From Phoronis australis (taxonomy: Eukaryota; Animalia; Phoronida), in contig NMRA01000022.1 of NCBI GenBank assembly GCA_002633005.1, positions 176,056 to 240,055 on the forward strand: 64,000 nt of DNA, read 5' to 3'. Shown piece after piece: positions 38,834 to 52,185 of the stretch (positions within the stretch are counted from its first letter, which is position 1; each line of letters starts with the position of its first letter). Under the pieces are notes generated by a model. It was not told where the DNA came from, searched no databases, and worked only from the letters and a program-made list of their open reading frames with translations. A program made the translations under genes and the position numbers.

Positions 38834-39443
38834 ATTTTGAAGTATAGTTTTTCCCAGTTTGATCCACAAGCATTAACAATAACCATGTAACTTGTGTACT
38901 GCGTATTCATCTTTACTGGATTTTTACACAGCCGTGAAGTTTTCTCCATCAGGATTAGGTGTAAGGCCATCAATTTGGGCATGATTACGAAAGGCGGGGA
39001 TCAAAAGGAGCGTGGCTGACTGGCTGCCCACCCAGATTTTTAAATGCAGGGAAACACTGAAATACACTGCCCACAAATCAAAAATCAGAATGAACAAAAT
39101 CTAATTACTCATTTAGCTGTCACATTTTGAAGAGTCCTTCCCAAGCTGAAGAAGTTTTAAGATATCACAAATGTGATGTTAGCAACATTCTCCCCAAATT
39201 TTACTCAAGCATGTGAAGCAGGTTACACAATGCAAACATACTCCATTGAATGGACGCACTTCATATGGCAACACTTTAACAACAAAGATTTGTTTAACAT
39301 CTAATCAAGACCATGTCTTCCACAGTATTACAGCCCAGTATGAACAATAACAACACCTTATTTATATAGGCTTGCAGTGAGATGTCTTTTCACCTGCCTT
39401 TCCCACGAAGAGGAGAATAAGACCTGATGATACAGCCAATAAA

Positions 39444-39828
39444 CACGGGTGAGAAACAACATGACCGCCGGTCCTCTAAATCGGACTGACTCACCCAAAA
39501 CAGGACCTCCGGGGATCAAATAGGACCATCGCACCAGAAAATGGGACTGACGCACCTAAAAACATGACTGCCCCACCACAAAACAGGACCGCCGGGGACT
39601 GAACATGACCGCCGGACAATATGCGGTTTCAATCCCCGGTGGTCATGTTCGGTCCCCGGCGGTCATGTTCAGTCCCCGGCGGTCCCGTTTTCTGGTGGGG
39701 CGGTCATGTTTTTAGGTGCGTCAGTCCCATTTTCTGGTGCGACAGTCCCACTTGATCCCCGGAGGTCCTGTTCTGGGTGAGGCGGTCCGATTTAAGAGGA
39801 CCGGCGGTCATGTTGTTTCTCACCCGTG
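39444..39828. mobile_element. foldback MITE with CAC...GTG termini and 5-bp TSD (ATAAA)
   Basis: Ends CACGGGTGAGAAACAACATGACCGCCGGTCCTCT / AGAGGACCGGCGGTCATGTTGTTTCTCACCCGTG. ataaa occurs at 39439-39443 and 39829-39833. Arms pair for about 170 bp. Confidence 0.85.
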
Positions 39829-39930
39829 ATAAAGAGAAGTCCCAACAGAACACAATGTAAAATCAGCTTGTTCACTCCATATAGTTCTCTGGTCTAAACT
39901 AATGATTAAAGCAGCTATACCTTTTTCTCA

Positions 39931-40135
39931 ACAAGGAACACTTGCCACAACAGATATTGGTCCACAAAGGAACACTTGTCACAACAGATATTGCTCCACA
40001 AAGGAACACTTGCCACAACAGATATTGCTCCACAAAGGAACACTTGCCACAACAGATATTGCTCCACAAAGGAACACTTGCCACAACAGATATTGGTCCA
40101 CAAAGGAACACTTGCCACAACAGATATTGCTCCAC
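39931..40135. repeat. 34-bp minisatellite, 6 copies
   Basis: Unit caaaggaacacttgccacaacagatattg(c/g)tcca, with no spacers. Confidence 0.95.
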
Positions 40136-41190
40136 TACAGTTCCATTTGCACCATCAACTATACGTTTGAATTAAAAATGGCGACTGTATGTATGCCACT
40201 ATGCAAGCATAATAAAAGATGTTCCTTCCTTCCTGCCCGTTTGTGTTTAGACATGTAGTAGTTGACTCCGGAACAACTGACCAAGAGAGACTTGTTCCAT
40301 CTCCCACAAAAGTGTCGAAAAGGCCGCCGTGGTGTCAATTTCGCTATGTGGCAGTTGTGCTCGGACACTACTTGCACCCAATCAGCTGCTCCGTGTCAAG
40401 AGCACTTTGTGTAAATGCGGCATATGTTAGACAGCGCCATCATCTGTGAACTGAGCTGGTGTTAAGGCACTTGCTTGAAAGCTTTTCGACAAATTACGCC
40501 TCACACTACAATGTTTTCACTGGGGTTAACTTTGGATATGGTGGGAAGGATGGAATGCTGCAAATGGCATTCAGTTAGGTAATAATGTCAATAAAAATGG
40601 TGTAAGATCCAGAATGCAATGGGTAATTGACTGAAGAATGCCAAAGTGGGAACTCAATGTAAGATATAGTTAGCCAGAAGAAATCAACAAGACAAGTGGA
40701 TACATGTGTATAGAGTATCACTTAATTCTTATCTCCTATAAGTTCCATTAACCAGAAAGGCCAGTAAACAACTTATTTAAAATGTTGATTCATTCAAAAA
40801 TCAGTAATTTTTGTAATCCTTATTTTCTTTATAGATGTACGACTGAGCCTATGAAAGTCACACATAGTGAGAGTGTGGCTAGTCTCAGCTATTCGTATCT
40901 TTCAAGCAAAGAGGAACACCTTCCAAGGCTGTCAATGTTTTTAATCAAATCCTTCCACCACAGTAAGTCTCTTCATTACTCAACCTTGGCAATGCCATTT
41001 TGCTGACCAGGTACCAACAGCGATCCTGGTGGCCAATATTTAGCTTCATTTACAGGAGAGGCAGCTGACACAGTGGAGCTAACACAGAACAGTTGGCCGA
41101 GTAAAAGTGTGTGTGAAAACACGACTGACATGGAGCAAGTGACACCGTAGTGGCCAGTTTTTGACACTGGTTTGATAGGTAGAGCGAGTT

Positions 41191-44100
41191 GCACTCGATC
41201 AGTTGCTCCGGTTTCAATTATATATCTAAACACAACTGGGGCATGGCGGAAAGGGATTATCTACCAATGCGCTTGCGCAATGACATATATATTAGGGGTG
41301 ATCAGCTGGCATTCCACGTGGTGTGGACATTCACTATTGTTTATGAGAGCATGTGCAGACAGTCTTTGTAAGTGACTCACGCTGATCCAGTATGCGCTGA
41401 TCCAGTATGCGATCAAATGTCGTGTAAATGTGACTAAAGTGGAGCAAGTCGTGCCGTGGCTACTGACAGAGTGACAACTGTCTCGTGTAAAAGTGGTTTT
41501 AGAGCACTGGTAATCTTCCAGGCTCTCTATGTGGTCATGGAAGTCAATCTTGATGTGGTTAAAAGACTTAAATGCCACAAATAAGTAGTGATGCATTAAA
41601 AACTAGCCAGTTCATGATTTTATCGACAAATGAAGCAACATGTTTGAAAGAAATCTTGTTTCCCAATGTATTGGTTTGAGTTGGAAGGATTTAAAGAGAT
41701 CAACAGCCTCATGAATTGTCACTCTATGCTCAAATGGTGGTTAAAACAGTATGTACACAATCTGGCTTTGAGGGTTTAGCCAGGGTGAAGCATAACTTGA
41801 GAAAAATGTTTGTACACATGGCATATTAGGATTGCCATCGCCTATTGCTATGTGTAAACTCTCAAGGAAGTTTGTGTTTGACCGTTGGCGTACACCATTC
41901 AGTGTACACTGTTGAGTTCGTCACTCAGCCAACAATTTTACTCTTAAATAGGTACAATCTGACCTTTACGTAACAAAACTTTCAAGGGATGCTTGGAATG
42001 GACAAAGGAATAACATATTATGTTTTGTTAAAAAGTCCCCATGCTTCAACCATACACAGTCCACTTAACTGCAAATGTATTGGACAAATGTGATTTAAAC
42101 GGATCAAAACGAAGGCAGACTGAAGCTGCATCTGCATGTTAAAACACGTACACATGTGCTGTTACATATAGTGATCAGTGCGCTTAAGAATCAATAAACA
42201 TTAGACATTCACATTTTCGTGCAATGACCGCATGATGGGGGTACTGTAATACGTCCATAGGAGAGTGTACTCAATGAGTGCTATCTACTTTGTGCAGTTA
42301 AATACAAAAATCAATGTAGGATGAAGAGGATCACATATTTGTTACATAAGGCTTATTAAAAACTTCCAAGCATGGTGGCATGCTTGTTGTGGTCTGATTA
42401 AAAATTTCCTATGATTGATTCCTGGAAGAACCATAAATTGCAATAAAATTCTTTCAAGATTTGGATTACTGGATGGTGTAAATTGAATGACTCAGTAATA
42501 GTGACGCCTGGCCAGTTTAAAACTTCATAATCTATGCAAATCATACAATAATCAACATTGCCACATGTTTGTATTGACGTTTGATCCATGATCAACAAAG
42601 ACTGCAATAACAAAATGGTCAGTGATCCTCTTCAATCTAAACTCTCCACGGGAGTTTGTCCATCAGGATGTTTTCAGCAGACCACAACACAATTCATTTT
42701 CCGTACTTACTTACGGTAGCAACATTTTAGCAGTATAAGGATTCTGTTTCAATTTATTCATGTATTTGCAAGATTCTTTACAAAACCAAACAATCACTGA
42801 ACAAGTGCAAAATGAGATCCCGATCAGGCCTTCATCCAGGATTTCGAAAATAGGGTGTCCAAAATGAGGTTCCCAATATTCCAGGGCGTCCATAATTCCG
42901 ACGCGTAACCCCCCATCCCCAGCAATCCCCCCAAACACACAGATTTTTTTTACAAAAAAAATCCATAGACCAAGGTTTTTCATCTAAGTTTACAAAACAG
43001 CCTTCTGTAGTGAGCATTTTTAATAAAAAATTGGTGTAGACCAAGACTTTTATAATGCTATCAACCAAGTGTGAGCATAGCAACATTGTATATACTTTGT
43101 ATATACAATGTATATTTCTTCCTGCTTTGAAAAAGAGCCCCCACTGTGAGCCTTCAGAGGCTTCCTAGTAATCATTACAATGTGTGTGTCCAAACTTGAA
43201 AGGTTCCTATTGACAGTGGGCGTCCAAATGATACATTGGGCGTCCTTGCCAGGGCGTCCATATTAGTGCTGGGGCGTCCATTTGGACGCCCAGGACGTAC
43301 GCTGCATGAAGGCCTGNGCACTCGATCAGTTGCTCCAGTTTCAATTATATATCTAAACACAACTGGGGCAAGGCGAAAAGGGATCACCTATCACTGCGCT
43401 TGCTCAATGACATATTAGGGGTGATCAGCTGGCATTCCACGTGGTGTGGACATTCACTATTGTTTATGACAGCATGTGCAGACAGTCTTTGTAAGTGACT
43501 CACGCTGATCCAGTATGCGATCAAATGTGTAAATGTGACTAAAGTGGAGCAAGTCGTGCCGTGACTACCGACATAGTGACAACTGTCTCTCGAGTAAGTG
43601 GCTTTAGAGCACTGGTAATCTTCCAGGCTCTCTACGTGGTCATGGAGGTCAATCTTGATGTGGTTAAAAGACTAAATGCCACAAATAAGCAGTGACACAA
43701 TAAAAAATGGCCAGTTCATGATTTTATCGACAAATGAAGCAACATGTCTGAAAGAAATCTTGTTTCCCAATGTATTTGTTTGAGTTGGAAGGATTTAAAG
43801 AGATCAACAGCCTTATCAATTGTCACTCTGCTCAAATGGTGATTAAAACAGTATGTACACAATCTGGCTTTGAGTTTTTAGCCAGGGTAAATTATAAAAT
43901 GTTAGCACACATGGCATATTAGGATTGCCATGGCCTATTGCTATGTGTAAACTTTCAAGGAAGTTTGTGTTTGTGTTTGCGTTGGCGTGCGTAGGTATGT
44001 AACAAAACTTTCAAGGGATGCATGGAATGGACAAAGGAATAACATATTATGTTTTGTTAAAAAGTCCCCATGCTTCAACCATACACAGTCCCACTTAACT

Positions 44101-44824
44101 ACGGACTGGACAAATGTGATTTAAACGAATCAAAATGAAGGCAGACTGAAACTGCATCTACATGTTAAACACACAAACGTGCTGTTACATATAGTGATCA
44201 GTGTGCTTAAGAATCAATAAACATTGGACATTCACATTTTCGTGCAATGACCCCATGATTTGGGTATGTACTCAATGAGTGCTATCTACTTTGTGCAGTT
44301 AAATACAAAAATCAATGAAGGATGAAGAAGAGGATCACATATTTATTACATAAGGCTTATTAAAGACTTCCAAGTACGGTGGCATGCTTGTGGTGATCTG
44401 ATTAAAAATTTCCTATGATTGATTCCTGGAAGAACCATAAATTGCAATAAAATTCTTTCAAGATTTGGATTACTGGATGCTGTAAATTGAATGACTCAGT
44501 AATAGTGACGCCTGGCCAGTTTAAAACTTCATAATCTATGCAAATCATACAATAATCAACATTGCCACATGTTTGTATTGACGTTTGATCCATGATCAAC
44601 AAAGACTGAAATAACAAACTGGTCACTGATCCTCTTCAATCTAAACTCTTTCCAGGGAGTTTGTCCATCAGGGTGTTTTCAGCAGATCACAACACAATTC
44701 AGTTTCCCTACTTACTTAGTATCATTTCAGCAGTATAAGGATTCTGTTTCAATCTATTCATGTATTTGCAAGATTCTTTACAAAACCAAAAAATCACTGA
44801 ACTAGTTCAAAATGAGTTCCCAAT
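41191..44824. repeat. about 1.6-kb tandem duplication (41191-42824 vs 43318-44824), probably two haplotypes
   Basis: Colinear, highly similar copies with small indels. A single N at 43317 marks the junction. Confidence 0.85.
42825..43316. mobile_element. MITE with CAGGCCTTCAT(C/G)CAG TIRs (hAT-like ends)
   Basis: Ends caggccttcatccag ... ctgcatgaaggcctg. Absent at the corresponding site (44824) of the second duplicate copy. Confidence 0.75.
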
Positions 44825-47800
44825 TCCCGCCATACTACCTTTATTCAGATCAGCCGATACTCAGCCACCTTGCGATAACTCTGTCAACTTAGTTGTACGA
44901 GTAACTCCAAAGTTGATGGGAATGGTACAACACATGACTTCACGGTATTCACTGTTAACATCGAGGCTTCCATTACAGCAGAGTTAAATGTATGGTGAAG
45001 GGCCTATAGGCTGAGAACACACATCTCTGTTTGCTCATAATGATATTATGTTGACCATAGCAAATCATCAAACAATGAAATATGAGATGTGAACTTCACA
45101 GTGTATAAATAACATAGTTTTAACAGAGGAGAGACCCTTGAATTCAAGCTGTGGTCATGAGAAAACAAGTACACCAGTAAATCGGGTTACGCAAATCTCA
45201 ATGTGAGCAGGTACTAACAGGTTGTAAACTTTATTAGGGCCATTGGGGGTAGTACAGTTATAAGGCTTGACAAGTGTGTTTTGGAAGCCATTTTACAGAT
45301 ATAATTGTGGACGAATAAAGGGCCTTCCCCAATATGTTTGTGGAGTGGAATAACATTCTTTCTCGACTCCAGATGCAACTTCCAAAAGTTTTGTGGCACA
45401 TTTCAATTTATTGATCCGGAGTACTTCAAACTAGTCCAGCAAATAGCACCAAGCAGTTCACAAATTATGATAGAAAGTGAGGCAAACATGGTGGTATTTC
45501 TGAACACTGGTGGCGTAACACAAGTCTACATGAGAAAAAAGTTTTACGGCGACAACTGAAATTTCAACAAAACAACTGCTAAGAAAATTTTGCTTCATAG
45601 TTTGTATAGTACAGGTGCCAATAGGAGCATTTGTAGCAATGCAGTAAGCATTTGAAAAATCTAATCAAGTATATTCAGCTAATACCAGACTCGACTATTC
45701 TTATTGGCAATATTTCGAAAAACAAATGCATTGTGTGTCTGATCTTCTTTTCAATAGGCAGGGATGGCAACACACGAGGTGGAGAACATTTCGTCACGAC
45801 TCACTTAGCTTTCCAAAACTTTTGATGTCTTTATTAGCATCAGAATAATGAATTGTAAATTAATTTTAAATCAGGATATTAGAGCAATTAGCCTTGCAGC
45901 AGTATACACCAGCAAGTGCAGTCCAACAGCCCAGTGGACACCCGGTATTGTGGGAAGACACCATAGAGCCAAATAGAGGGAGTTGCGGCATTCTGAAAAA
46001 TAGTGATTGCTTTTGGCCCTAAAAGATGCATTTTTACCACAATCCTTTTAACAGCAGCTCGTCTTCCAGTACTCAGAAGAGAGCTAAACTGCCAGCAGTA
46101 CCCTGTAGCATGTATTGAATTAAGCTTCATAACCGGGGTTTGATGTCAGTCATCATGAGGTGTCTAGCTTGCAAACAGAATGTGAAATCACATCAGATAG
46201 AGAGTGCCAAGTGAAAAATCAATAAGAGGCTGATTAAAAGCAAAGCACGTCTCTCGATTGCTGACAACGAGTTGATGATTTATCAGGAATCGTGACACTA
46301 GAGAACGAAATGAAGAATCGTTAACAAGAATACTGATGCGTAGTAATAGTTCAACACAGCTCGTTTCTAGATAACGTTTACGTAATGTAAAACTTAACAA
46401 CATCACTTATGCAAGAGCTCTGCTTTCGCAGTCGGTACATATCTTAAATCACCGCGACAACCCACCATACCAAATTGTCCCCTTTCTCACTTGACCGGGC
46501 CAACACTCCACCGTCTTAACTTTAAAGCTTCATTGTACTAAAGACGAGATGTCACTACGCTGTACCGCGATATGGATCCGACACAATACCACTTCTATTC
46601 TTACATAAATTTTGAAACATGATTTTAACTTAAAATTATACAAGCAACAACAACCAAAGCGCACAAAATGGCAGAAAACTGCACTTGCGTGAAATGAGGA
46701 GATAATTTAGGACGGTAGAGCAAAATAGTTCGAACTAAATCTTTTGCATTGCGCTTACGTAATCGGACAAACTATGGTCAGCTCGCTAATCCGTTCTTTT
46801 TGAGCGTTCTAACTTTAAAGTACCGTACTAAATTTAAACCGGCCTAAATCACCTTTCGCATTGAGGGGTCTACAAGTATTGTGGTTGAAAGAGTGTTAGT
46901 CCACTGTACTAAATCCGTAATGCAAAAGGCCCTTTAGTTTTGGTATCAGACAAGGTCCAATCGTTTCTTTGACAGTGCAGCATTATTCACATGATATGTC
47001 ATGACATAAACTGTTGTTTTAGATTAGTCCTCAGCACCAATTCATTTGCCTCTTGAATACATGTATCTCAGCTTCCTAATTCATCATCTCTATTCTGCTT
47101 TTTAGGTTAAACACGCATAGACTCATTAAATTGTGAATATGCACATGAATTACTAATTTCAAAACAATCCCACAACTGTTTTTAAGTGTATCAGTTGTAG
47201 AATTTTCTGTAAAACTGCAATTTATTGCAAATTCTTTTTTCCTGATTATAGGGTACTTGTACACAGTTCTCCAAGAAGTCAATGGGTGGCGCTTGCTACA
47301 AATTTAAATATTCACAGCATGACACAGCATCTTTAAAACCGCCACTCATACACCGAAACATGATTTACATTCTTCTTTCCTTAGTATCAAACACCATATG
47401 GCTCCACCTGGCAAGGTGATTTAATTACATGGTGTTGTGGCAATCATCAGACTTGTTTACAAGCAATTTCATCTCGCACAGTGAGCGAAACAGGTCTGCA
47501 AACCTATAGACTTCGGTTTTCTCTTTTCAAAAACAGATCTGGTTCAGTATTCCTTCATGTGAATTATCAAATTCCACTTTATTGTTGTTGCAAAATGATC
47601 GTCGCTCGATTTGTGGCCGAATATTTCAAATTTGATGGATTACATTCTTAATTTTTGGCAATGAAAATCCAAAATAATAGAATCGTGTAATATAGAAATT
47701 CCATTCAAAATCTAATTCCGCAAAAGAAATTAAATTCCGTCCATTTTCTGTTTTCACGGAAAACCCGAATCACCAAAAACAAATAGGAATGAGTCTAACG

Positions 47801-50206
47801 TGTCAACAAAAATGGTATATGAATAAACTGACAAACAAATAACTTATTTTCACCTGTCTGGCAACAAAACTGTTCACAACCTTCAGGGATGTCCCATCAC
47901 GAGCTGAGGACTGTCAAGACTCAAAGAAGCATAGCTTTAAAAAGAAAAACTGTTTCCTAAATATCAAGACCCATTCTGAATGATTAGAGTAATGGGTCGG
48001 GAATCTTAAGGACAATAGGTCAAAGGTCACTAGTTCAATCCAACTATGCGCCAAGAAAAAAAGAACAAGGTACTCATCATCTAGCACCATGAATGCAAGG
48101 TATCATGCAGTTGAGCTCGTTCTTCTAAGAACGCTGTAAAACCTCAAGATGAACCGAGAAATGACTGACCGAAGCATCGTGGCAATGTAAATAGGCTAGA
48201 GATTGGTGTATACAAATAACACAATAGATTTAAAAATGATGTTACTATGTACACCACCACCTCAAAGTAGTTTTAGGAGGACATCAAAACATAGTCACGC
48301 GTCATAGGTCACGGATACACTGAGGAATTAGGAAACTTATTTTGGACACAATATTGTTGAAATCCAGGATGAGCCCCTGAATGGGCTTTGAACAAAGAGA
48401 GACTTTTATGTATAATTTAGTTTTCATTCTTCCACTACCAGCATAATGTCTTAATTTTCCAGGCAGGCAGGTGTACAATTTAATGTACTGTTAGCTGTGA
48501 AAATAAGCAGTTTAATAAATAATACTTTCAGTTTTCAAAGGCCAAGTATCAACCCATTAAACACATAACCCCTAGCCTTCAAGTTGAAAATCCGTAATTT
48601 GAGAGTGAAAACATGTACGAGTTCCAATTTCATCACATTGGTTTTATTTTGGGTGTTGTTGTCGGCATGGTTGATGTCTGCCCTCTGGAACATGGCTAAG
48701 CAAATCAGGACATCTTGTACACTCCTGATCCCAAGTAGATGACATTGTACTTGTAGATACCTGCGTCCTCAGTGATGAGGACACTGTGGTAAAATGTGAA
48801 TTCCTTTCCCAGTTTTCTAGTTCTAATCTAATACCTCGAAATATTTGTCTCTTAGATTGCACTCTGAGATATCTTGACAAAGCTTCCAAAGCACAATGCA
48901 AAGCCAAATCAGCACATTTTTCATTGGTTAGTCTTTTACAAACTACCAGCAATTTACCAAGAGAAATCATGTAAGTCACACACTGAGATACTCAGAAAGT
49001 CAGCATACACTTTATTGGTCGGGTCTTGCACTCTTGACTATTTCCATCGGTTTTGGGGATTTTCTGCCTCGATTGTTGCCTATCTGGTGCTTCAAAATTC
49101 AAAATATTTTGACATATTTTATACTTTCAGTTGATATGTCTGAAGATAACTAAATTCTAAAATCTGCAACAATTTTTAGGGCCTAAAAATACTTGGCAGC
49201 TGTGCAAAAGCTGTATACTTTACCGCATGAGTTTTTGAATCTGCCAACACAGAGACTGAATTAGGTTTCCCACGTGAGAGTTGAGCACGCAAACCGTTTG
49301 GCCAAGATGTAGACATTATGTTACTACATCACACTGAAAGTTACGTGTCACAACGCTACTCTCCCTTCTACGGATCAAGTGTGCCCATGCCCATCCAAGG
49401 GTCGGCCACATCTCTTGCCTGGGGTTTCCACTGGCTCCAGACTTCCTTTGGAGTACTGCTGACAATCCCATCTAGTCGTGGAATGTGCCATTGTTGAAAA
49501 ATTCAACATGCCGACAGCAGGCATCAAACTCTGGTCAAGAATATCCCTGGGTTAGGCAACATACAGCCCCTCAGCTCGATGGTAATAGTCTACAACAGTG
49601 CGCATCAGCCCCTGTACTAATCTCAGCCCCCATGTATTTAAACGGGCAGCAGTCCAAATTCGGGCACCCAATAAGAGGTTTCTACCTCGTCAAACATGCA
49701 CGTTACCATACCCAGGAGTTGATGTCATATTCCCTAACACAAGCAGTGTAAAAATACCCAGTTGCCGATTTGGGCAACTGCACTGTTCGAGTTGGAAGGA
49801 ATTAGACATCAACAGCCTCCTACGGTTTCACTGTGGGTGCCAAGGGTACTTTATAACAATGTGACTTTAATAATGAATTCACTAGTGTGAGGCATAATTC
49901 GCAGAAAAGCTTCCAGCGCATGAAGCCGAAATGCCTGCGGGATGGCCACCATCTACTGCTTGTTGAGGCAGTAGCACTGTCTAACATCAAACTAGTTCTC
50001 AAAGTGTAGTATCCCAGTAAGTGACTATCGGCGACTTGTCAGTCAGTTAGGCAAGATCAAATGTTTTTAGACTTAGCCTGGAAGGCTGGATTTAACTTGA
50101 ATCCCAGAATCTCTGGAAAAGGAATGACGTGGTGTTTCAATTTTGCCGGCTGGCAGTCGGATGCTCTAGGTCATCATTTGGATGGACATGGACCCATGAA
50201 ACTTAC

Positions 50207-50324
50207 CAAGTAATAATAATTTAACTTCTCTCGCAGCTCTTTCTCCATCAGCTCGTATCAATTTATCCAGTTGTTTCGACCGTTCCGCCGCCTGCCGATC
50301 GTCGCTGCTTGCTGCACAACCCAT
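50207..50324 (-). CDS. GNAI: G protein alpha-i subunit, exon 1
   Basis: [39 protein letters not shown](G), with G2 myristoylation and C3 palmitoylation motif. 118 nt, gtaagt donor. Confidence 0.97.
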
Positions 50325-50399
50325 TTTCTTTGTGTAGAATTTCCAAAAACGTCACACAAATTCAACACTGATTTTCAAACCGACGTTCTCTTTGCGTAG

Positions 50400-50730
50400 G
50401 GGGTCCTATTTCTCCTCAAAGATCCGCATTCGCGGAAGTATTTCAACTATATTTACAGAAAATTTACACCTGAAAACATCCACACCCGTTATCTCCTGAA
50501 GAAATAACGAACTCGCCGAAAGTACCCGGATGACAGTACGAGATCTCGAAATGATTGAGAGCCAGCTTCACAAACATAACAATAGATGGCAAAACAGGAC
50601 TATTTTGAATGTTCTTTTGTTAGGTGAGCCAGTCATACAGCGTTCTCTATCGGCGTACTCGTGTTTCAACACAACGACTTCACATCAGACAAAGGGTCAT
50701 TTTTACGTCAGAGAACGTCACGTGGTTGTG
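50400..50730 (-). promoter_or_regulatory. GNAI proximal promoter/5' UTR region
   Basis: CpG-enriched segment immediately upstream of the ATG, with ETS-like CGGAAGT (~50433) and CRE/E-box-like TTACGTCA..GTCACGTGG (~50703-50725). Confidence 0.45.
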
Positions 50731-51580
50731 TCCTTGGGTAGAGGATTTCAGTGTGTTATAGTGCCACCAGATATGCTACCAAATTCGGACAACATGATTT
50801 GTTAGTTTTGTCATTTTAATACCAATAAGTTTTAATGCAGGTATAACTAATTTTAGCAAAAGTCTGAGCCATGATCAATGGCCAGTTCCCACAATAAGAG
50901 TTTTTTCTAATTCAGTTGAATATTGGAACTTGTCAGATTTTGGTTAATATATTTTTCATATATCTTGAAAGTAGATACCACTGTACATATTCTTTGCTCA
51001 AATGTTTAACAAATGAAGATCACTACACAACAGCAACTTAACAAATGTGCAAATTATTGGGCAACAATTGCACAATGCCACAATGGAACAAGTGGAAATC
51101 TAAGGTTGTAACTTCAAATTTTGTTCAGCCTTGTTAGAAAAATGTAGATTGAATTTCCAGATAGGCAATGCTAATAGGCCAATCAAATATCTACAAATTC
51201 AAACAGAAATAAAACGATAGTGGCAGTGAATCGTTTCGGGGAAGCAATCAGTCCATGGTTCTAGCAGTATGTGTAATCAGAAAATACTAATTTGCCACCC
51301 TTAAAACAATGGACCAAAAATGATTAGCTTCATTCCAGCATACACCGCGCAGAGGACTTCATGCCAGTCAATAACTTCTTGACTGAACTTGAAATCACTT
51401 CCTATTTAGTAAGTCACTGGAGTTGTCTTGCCCAATAGGTGTCGTTCAAGGCTGTGCATTTACTTATAATACATGTGCAGTATGCATGCACTGTGATATT
51501 ATAAACGTGTTGCCATTACTCAGCGGATATCAAATGGAATAAAAGGCAGAAGAATCATTGTAATGAGGGTATCACTAGAG

Positions 51581-51898
51581 TGCAGTCCACACGGACTAAT
51601 CCTAGAACAAGTTACTCCTGGAACGAGTTGATGCCCGGTTTGTGTGCTGTGTGGACGCTACTTAAACTAGTGCACTCCATCTTATCGAGGTAGGGCAACT
51701 TGTTCTAGGGTAACTTGCGCCACTCCTAATCACTGTGTGGCCATAAACCTGGGGCAAGTCAGAAGTAATTATCAGCTGCTGTAACATACAGGCGGGTCTT
51801 CTTTTGTGTGCGGTATTCGCACCAGCTGTTCATTGTCATGCACAGCGTTAAAACTAACGCCATGGGCTACTTATCCCTCTCTGTGTGTGGACCCTGCA
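51581..51898. mobile_element. MITE-like element
   Basis: Inverted ends tgcagtccacac / gtgtggaccctgca. Internal similarity to ~23140-23425. Confidence 0.45.
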
Positions 51899-52179
51899 TT
51901 AGCACCATTATTGAGAAGGGCCAGCCTTAGTTGCTAATCTTGAGCCAGAAGAGACTGGAGCATTAGTACTAGTCTTAACAAAGATAGAGCTGCCGCGCTT
52001 TCGACTACGTAATTGCAAGTAGCCTAATCTTCAGTAAGATAATCCATGATAAATAAACGTTCAATATTACACAAAGTGAATAAGTACAAACTACTCAATT
52101 TATATGTGTCTTCATAAGCAGATTGCTTCTAATTGGCAGACTCACTAAAATAAACAGGCAAAGACATCATTTAAAATCG

Positions 52180-52185
52180 TTTATT
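52180..52185 (-). promoter_or_regulatory. candidate SLC25A43 polyadenylation signal
   Basis: AATAAA on the minus strand, 1.2 kb after the stop, followed by GU/U-rich sequence. Confidence 0.4.

Noticed and set aside
39931-40135. 34-bp repeats as a CRISPR array, and the overlapping ORFs in several frames
   Set aside because: Units are head-to-tail with no unique spacers, there are no cas genes and the context is a eukaryotic intron. The ORFs are by-products of the minisatellite.
42398-44626. Two near-identical 71-74 aa ORFs as a small gene family
   Set aside because: They only reflect the duplicated intronic segment, with no coding hallmarks or known motifs.
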